This document shows, piece by piece, positions 59,135 through 64,000 of a stretch of DNA of 64,000 bases. The notes under the pieces are model-generated. The model made no database searches. It was not told the DNA's origin and worked only from the letters and a program-made list of their open reading frames with translations. Position 1 is the first letter of the stretch. The number at the start of each line of letters is the position of its first letter. Origin of the DNA: Tolypothrix carrinoi HA7290-LM1 (lineage in GTDB: Bacteria; Cyanobacteriota; Cyanobacteriia; Cyanobacteriales; Nostocaceae); NCBI GenBank assembly GCA_019358935.1, contig JAHHIK010000024.1, forward strand, positions 1 through 64,000, in the 5' to 3' direction. Both the position numbers and the translations under genes were made by a program.

Positions 59135-62100
59135 TCAAGAGTTACCGTCGAGAATTAAACGGCGATCGCTCTCACTGACATCGGGGTTATTCTGGAGATA
59201 GTCACGCACCCAATCGCAGCCCCGCTGCATTAGTTCATCCAGTGATTCAATCTGCAACAGCTTGGTATTTCCACGATATCCGACGGTAGCCAGTAGCCGA
59301 CCATCTGGGCTAAAACTAATACTCTTGACAAAACCTTGATCCACTCTCCATCTTGCTAATGGCTGACCTTTTAAGTCCCATAAGCGGACAGTGCGATCCG
59401 CTCCTGCGGTAGCGAGTAGCTGACTATCTGGACTAAATTTGAGTTTCATGATTGATTTTTGCGTTGCCTGCCATGTTGACAACTGCTCTGTCAATGGCTG
59501 ATCCTGCAACTTCCAAAGGCGGACAATGCCATCGTTTCCCGCAGTAGCGAGTAGCTGATTATTTGGGCTAAAACCGAAGCTACTAATTCCACCTCGATGC
59601 GCTACGGGTGTATCTGCCACATGCTGACCTTGCCAGTCCCACAAGTAAACATAGTCGTGATATTCTATGGTGGCCAATCGCTGACCATCCGGACTAAAAT
59701 TGTCGCTAGTAATATAACTTTTGTTGTTTGTTATAATATCGCTTCGCTTTTGAGGAAATTCTATCGGCGGCTGATCCGTCATCAAGTTCCACAAGCGGAC
59801 TGTACCGTCTTCTTCTACGGTAGCCAATTGCTGACCATTCCGAATAAAACTGACAATAGTGATCTTGCGGTCATTCCCTGGCAATTCCTTTAACAGCTGA
59901 CCCTGCAAATTCCATAAGCGAGCTATACCGTCATCTCCTGCGGTAACAAATTGCTGACCATCTTGACTAAAACTGACACTGATGATCTTGCGGTCATTCC
60001 CTTTCAATTGTGTCAACGGCTGACCCTGCAAGTTCCATAAGCTGACTGTGCCATTCTCTCCAACAGTAGTCAATCGCTGATTATCCGAATTAAAACTGAC
60101 GCTTTTGATTACCTCTTGATCTCCTTTCAATTGTGTCAACAGCTGACCCTGCAAGTCCCACAAGTACGCTGTGTCGCTAATTCCTGCAACAGCCAGCATC
60201 CGACCATCCGGACTAAAACTAACACTCTTAAGCTCGTTTTGACTTGCTTTCAATTCTTCCAACTTTTGACCCTGTAAGTTCCAGAAGACAATTGTACCGT
60301 TCCCTCCATAGGTAGCCAGCATCTGACCATCCGGACTAAAATTGACAGTAGAGTATTGGATTTTAGGGTCATTCTCTTCTAATTCCATGACCGTCTGCTC
60401 CTGCAAGTTCCACAAGCGGGCTATACCGTCATCTCCTGCGGTAGCGAATCGCTGACCATCCGGGCTAAAACTGACGGATCTGAGGTAGTCGTCAGACGCT
60501 TTCCATTCCCGTCCTTCTAACGTCTGTACGTCCCATAAGCGGACATAGCCATCAAATCCTACGGTAGCTAGTTGGTGACCATCCGGGCTAAAACAGATAT
60601 TCCATATCCAACCCTTATCGGTAGCTCGCCATTCTTTCAACTTCTGACCCTGTAAGTCCCACAAGCGGACAATACCAGTACCTCCTGCGGTAGCGAGTTG
60701 CTGACCATCCGGGCTAAAACTGACGCGAGCAAGCCAAAATTGATCCGCGTTCCATTCTTTCAACTTTTGACCCTGCAAGTTCCATAAGCGGACAGTAACG
60801 TCATCTCCTGTGGTAGCCAATAGTTGACGATCTGGGCTAAAACTTAACAAGTTTGTACGTGGCTCAGTCTTCCATTCTTCCAACTTTTGACCCTGCAAGT
60901 TCCACAAGCGGATAGTACCGTCATCTCCTGCGGTAGCTAATAGTTGACCATCTGGGCTAAAACTTACCATAACGCTGCTGGCATTGTCTCCCCCTTTAAG
61001 ACGGTTGCGTTCTTGTACTCTACTAAGAGTTTGCTGAAGAAGTGTTTGAATGCGAACATGGAGATTCTTCTCTAACCACGGCGATTCTTTGAGTTGTTGG
61101 ATTTGTCTGCCCGCCTTCAAAGCATATACCAACGCTCCAAGTTGATCGTCTCCAAAACTAGCTTGAGCTAAAGCTGACAAGGCAGTAAAGGCAGTATGAA
61201 TCTGTGTTTTAGTGTCAACTTGCCTTTTTTCTTCTAGTTGTTGGCAGGCATGAACATATTCCCTAGCCAGCGTGTCCAGACAAACCGTATTTTTGCTGTA
61301 TGATAATTCTACTGCATCTTCCAAACGGCTTCCCTGAAGCAGTAAAAGCTCTTCTTTCTTCTCCTTCTCTGCCTTTTCCCACTCCCGTGCTTCGTTTTCA
61401 ATTCGTTGCCGCAAAAAGAGGCTGGTAAGGTCTTTATCCAGCCAAGAACGCAATGTTGGCCAATAGCGGATTAACGCTTCATGGGCAACTTCTACTTCTT
61501 CTTTTTTTGTTGATTCGTTTTGGCTGGTGATTACCAATCGCTCATTTGCTAAAAGCGTCACCAGCTTCTTGATAACAGCTGAATCTCCATTGGCTGGCAC
61601 CAATTGTTTTAGCTCAACTCGTCGCCGTGTATCCCGTCGTTGTTCTCCTTGGATAGAATTTTCATCTAAATGGGTTAGCCTGACAAAGATATTCCTGACT
61701 TGTTCTTTTTCCTCAGATGATAATTTATTGTAGACCTCATCAGCGGTATGAGCGATCGCTCCTTGTACTCCACCAATCTCTCGATACTCCTCCGACAGTA
61801 ACCACTTTCCGTGTCGTCGATTCCACAACTCCAATAATGTGTGTTGCAACAGTGGCATTGCCCCCGGTTCTCCCTCCAAGTGTTCCAAAATTTTATTCAG
61901 CAAATCGACTTCAAACCGCAAGCCAACCTTTCCTGCTTGTTCGTGAATCGCATTACGCAACTCAGCAGTATTCATCGGGGCAATTAGTTTCTGCTGTTTC
62001 TCCATCAAGTCTTTCAATTCGGGGTACGGCGCACATTCACCCCAAAAGTCAGCACGCATGGTAAGAATCACTTGCTGATTCTTAGCTAACTTAAGCAGTT

Positions 62101-63871
62101 CGTCGATAAAATTTTGGCGCTTGTATTCATCGTTGCAAAGGGTAAAAATTTCTTCAAACTGATCCACCACTAATATATAAGGATGGTTTTGTACCTTGGC
62201 TAAACTTGCTTTCAGTTGCGCCAGTGGGGCAACTTTTGGAGTCATGTAAGCCATCTTAAGTTTTGGTTCTTTTTTCTTTAGTGCAGGGAACAAACCCGCC
62301 ATTATCAAAGATGATTTACCGGAACCGGAAGGACCTAAAACTGGTAAAAATTTATCTTCGCTGAGTTTTTGTTGCAATTCCTCAATTAATTTTTCCCGTC
62401 CGCAGAAAAATTCGCGCTTTTCATAGTGGAAGGGATACAAACCTTGAAATGGACAACGAGCATCGTAGCTGGGGACTTCCTTACCTAAAGCTAGATTTTC
62501 AAAGCTAAGGTCAAGCGCTTCTGAACATATTCGTTTTACTTCTACCAAAGCTTTGTCTTTTTCTTCAATTGCTTTATCGCTGTCCGCGTTTAATGTTCTT
62601 TGGAGGGTTGCAATATGTTGTTTTAACTTCTCAGCCAAAACAGGCGCACTTTCTGGTAACAATTTTTGCAAGCGTTCTAGACCAAACTCGATTTCGTTTT
62701 TAGTCAAAGGACGATCCAAAGTGTCGCTAAACAGGGGTTTTCCACCCAAGCGGCTAAACAAAGCTGGAACTGTAATATCATATCTACCTTGTAGCCCAGC
62801 TGTTGCTTCAACTAACGCCAAGTCTACATACCCGTGCTGCCTCAGTTGCTTGTAAAAAGTTGCAGCTAGTGCCTTAACCGTATTTATACTTATTGCGTCA
62901 GTCATAGCAACTACCGCAGGCATACCTAGGTCCCGGACAAGACCTTGTGCCAGTCCCCCTATCGCTTTTACTTCTCCTATCTGGGCTTCGTTTGCTTCAT
63001 CGACTTTTGTTACCTCAGCCTCAGCACTTGCACTTTCACAAGTTGATAAAAAAGCAAAATGGGGTAGACGACGCAATAGCTTTAATTCTTTGATTAAGTC
63101 AGTTGCTTTGACTGGTGCAACCTCATTTTTTTCATTTGCCAAATAAATTGCTGTTTCCCCATCATTAAGTACTCGACCATGACAGACTAAGTGCAGCAGA
63201 GTATAGTTATTCTCAGTAAGAAATTTTTTCAAGTTGTCATTAGTCGGTAAACCTGCTGCACCATCAACAGTTGCAAGTACATCACAGGGAATATCGCTGA
63301 GAGAAGCCTTAATACTAGATACCGTTGCTTGAACATCAAACGGTGCCAGGTGATACGTAACCGAATTTTCAGGACTAGCAGCCACAACCAAAGCCTTTAA
63401 ATCACGCCGTCCAAATCTAGGAAATTTATCGTCCGTTATTGGCGAGGGAATATAGAAAGAAAGGGGGGTTTGTTGGTTGAGTAATAAATAGTCCCAGTCG
63501 TCATCATCCCCAGGAGCGTGGAGTTTTTCCCATCGTAATTGTCTTAGTTCTTCGTCTTCAATATCTAATAGAATATGCAGACAATTTAGATTGTCATCAC
63601 TATCGGAAGTCTTATTCGTCGAGAAGAAACTCCGAGCTTGAATGAGAGCTTTATGAGCGTTACCGTCAAATAAAGCTTTACCCAACATTTCACCATAGTC
63701 TTGTGGTTTCCATAATAACTCTCTGAACTTATTAAAAATATCGTCGTTATTGGGTTTGAAGTTTAAAGTGCTATTTTTATGAATTTTTAGCCCTGTTCTA
63801 CTAATATATTCGATAGTCACAGGCCAACTATTTTTATCTTTGGGTCTAATAGTAATTTCAAAAATACTCAT
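59135..63871 (-). CDS. CHAT (caspase-like) protease - nSTAND1-type NTPase - WD40 repeat protein
   Basis: CHAT dyad LHLVCHG / FLSTCES. CPFQGL..F, Walker A GPSGSGKSS, Walker B VVDQFEE, EVAHEALIRYW. About 14 WD40 repeats. Confidence 0.93.
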   Translation of the reverse strand: MSIFEITIRPKDKNSWPVTIEYISRTGLKIHKNSTLNFKPNNDDIFNKFRELLWKPQDYGEMLGKALFDGNAHKALIQARSFFSTNKTSDSDDNLNCLHILLDIEDEELRQLRWEKLHAPGDDDDWDYLLLNQQTPLSFYIPSPITDDKFPRFGRRDLKALVVAASPENSVTYHLAPFDVQATVSSIKASLSDIPCDVLATVDGAAGLPTNDNLKKFLTENNYTLLHLVCHGRVLNDGETAIYLANEKNEVAPVKATDLIKELKLLRRLPHFAFLSTCESASAEAEVTKVDEANEAQIGEVKAIGGLAQGLVRDLGMPAVVAMTDAISINTVKALAATFYKQLRQHGYVDLALVEATAGLQGRYDITVPALFSRLGGKPLFSDTLDRPLTKNEIEFGLERLQKLLPESAPVLAEKLKQHIATLQRTLNADSDKAIEEKDKALVEVKRICSEALDLSFENLALGKEVPSYDARCPFQGLYPFHYEKREFFCGREKLIEELQQKLSEDKFLPVLGPSGSGKSSLIMAGLFPALKKKEPKLKMAYMTPKVAPLAQLKASLAKVQNHPYILVVDQFEEIFTLCNDEYKRQNFIDELLKLAKNQQVILTMRADFWGECAPYPELKDLMEKQQKLIAPMNTAELRNAIHEQAGKVGLRFEVDLLNKILEHLEGEPGAMPLLQHTLLELWNRRHGKWLLSEEYREIGGVQGAIAHTADEVYNKLSSEEKEQVRNIFVRLTHLDENSIQGEQRRDTRRRVELKQLVPANGDSAVIKKLVTLLANERLVITSQNESTKKEEVEVAHEALIRYWPTLRSWLDKDLTSLFLRQRIENEAREWEKAEKEKKEELLLLQGSRLEDAVELSYSKNTVCLDTLAREYVHACQQLEEKRQVDTKTQIHTAFTALSALAQASFGDDQLGALVYALKAGRQIQQLKESPWLEKNLHVRIQTLLQQTLSRVQERNRLKGGDNASSVMVSFSPDGQLLATAGDDGTIRLWNLQGQKLEEWKTEPRTNLLSFSPDRQLLATTGDDVTVRLWNLQGQKLKEWNADQFWLARVSFSPDGQQLATAGGTGIVRLWDLQGQKLKEWRATDKGWIWNICFSPDGHQLATVGFDGYVRLWDVQTLEGREWKASDDYLRSVSFSPDGQRFATAGDDGIARLWNLQEQTVMELEENDPKIQYSTVNFSPDGQMLATYGGNGTIVFWNLQGQKLEELKASQNELKSVSFSPDGRMLAVAGISDTAYLWDLQGQLLTQLKGDQEVIKSVSFNSDNQRLTTVGENGTVSLWNLQGQPLTQLKGNDRKIISVSFSQDGQQFVTAGDDGIARLWNLQGQLLKELPGNDRKITIVSFIRNGQQLATVEEDGTVRLWNLMTDQPPIEFPQKRSDIITNNKSYITSDNFSPDGQRLATIEYHDYVYLWDWQGQHVADTPVAHRGGISSFGFSPNNQLLATAGNDGIVRLWKLQDQPLTEQLSTWQATQKSIMKLKFSPDSQLLATAGADRTVRLWDLKGQPLARWRVDQGFVKSISFSPDGRLLATVGYRGNTKLLQIESLDELMQRGCDWVRDYLQNNPDVSESDRRLILDGNS

Positions 63872-64000
63872 AGCTGAGATTGTCCTTTTGAGATTAGTTG
63901 TATTTTCACCCCTCTGAGTGTCAGAGAAAGGTAGGGTAAAGGTTACAAAAAATCGCGTTATATTACATTAACTTTAAGTTCTCATTGCTTGAAGTAAACT

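Noticed and set aside
334..61759. Many GCGATCGC octamers
   Set aside because: HIP1, a known genome-wide cyanobacterial repeat; useful only as a taxonomic clue.

Overview
Segment of a large conjugative plasmid from a filamentous, Nostocales-like cyanobacterium, judged from frequent HIP1 GCGATCGC sites, cyanobacterial MITEs and a cyanobacterial-type T4SS. 1-20 kb is a decaying accessory region. It holds NB-ARC/WD40 and ankyrin genes, a degraded TPP-enzyme/heme-oxygenase-like/NTF2/AraC locus, and many mobile elements (IS630, IS1182 with a passenger gene, a deleted Tn3 with a tyrosine recombinase, a TnpB element split by an ISAs1-type MITE, several MITEs). 20-33 kb is a conjugation operon. 34960-41007 is an intact-looking, Cas-less Tn7-like element (TnsAB fusion, TnsC, short TniQ, 5-bp TSD ACATA). 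Its only cargo is a paralogue of the gene flanking its insertion site. It also contains a relic transposon end at nearly the same distance (78 vs 77 bp) from that paralogue's start codon. This points to an apparently undescribed attachment site or target-selection pathway. 41.8-58.5 kb encodes a single-subunit two-barrel (DFDGD) RNA-polymerase-like protein, a HipA-like kinase/HIRAN pair, a PRTRC-like ubiquitin cassette (E1, E2, JAB, Ubl), Gp157, a DUF559-like nuclease, RecG and an AEP primase. The window ends with a CHAT-STAND-WD40 gene. All family calls come from motifs read by eye; no database searches were run.
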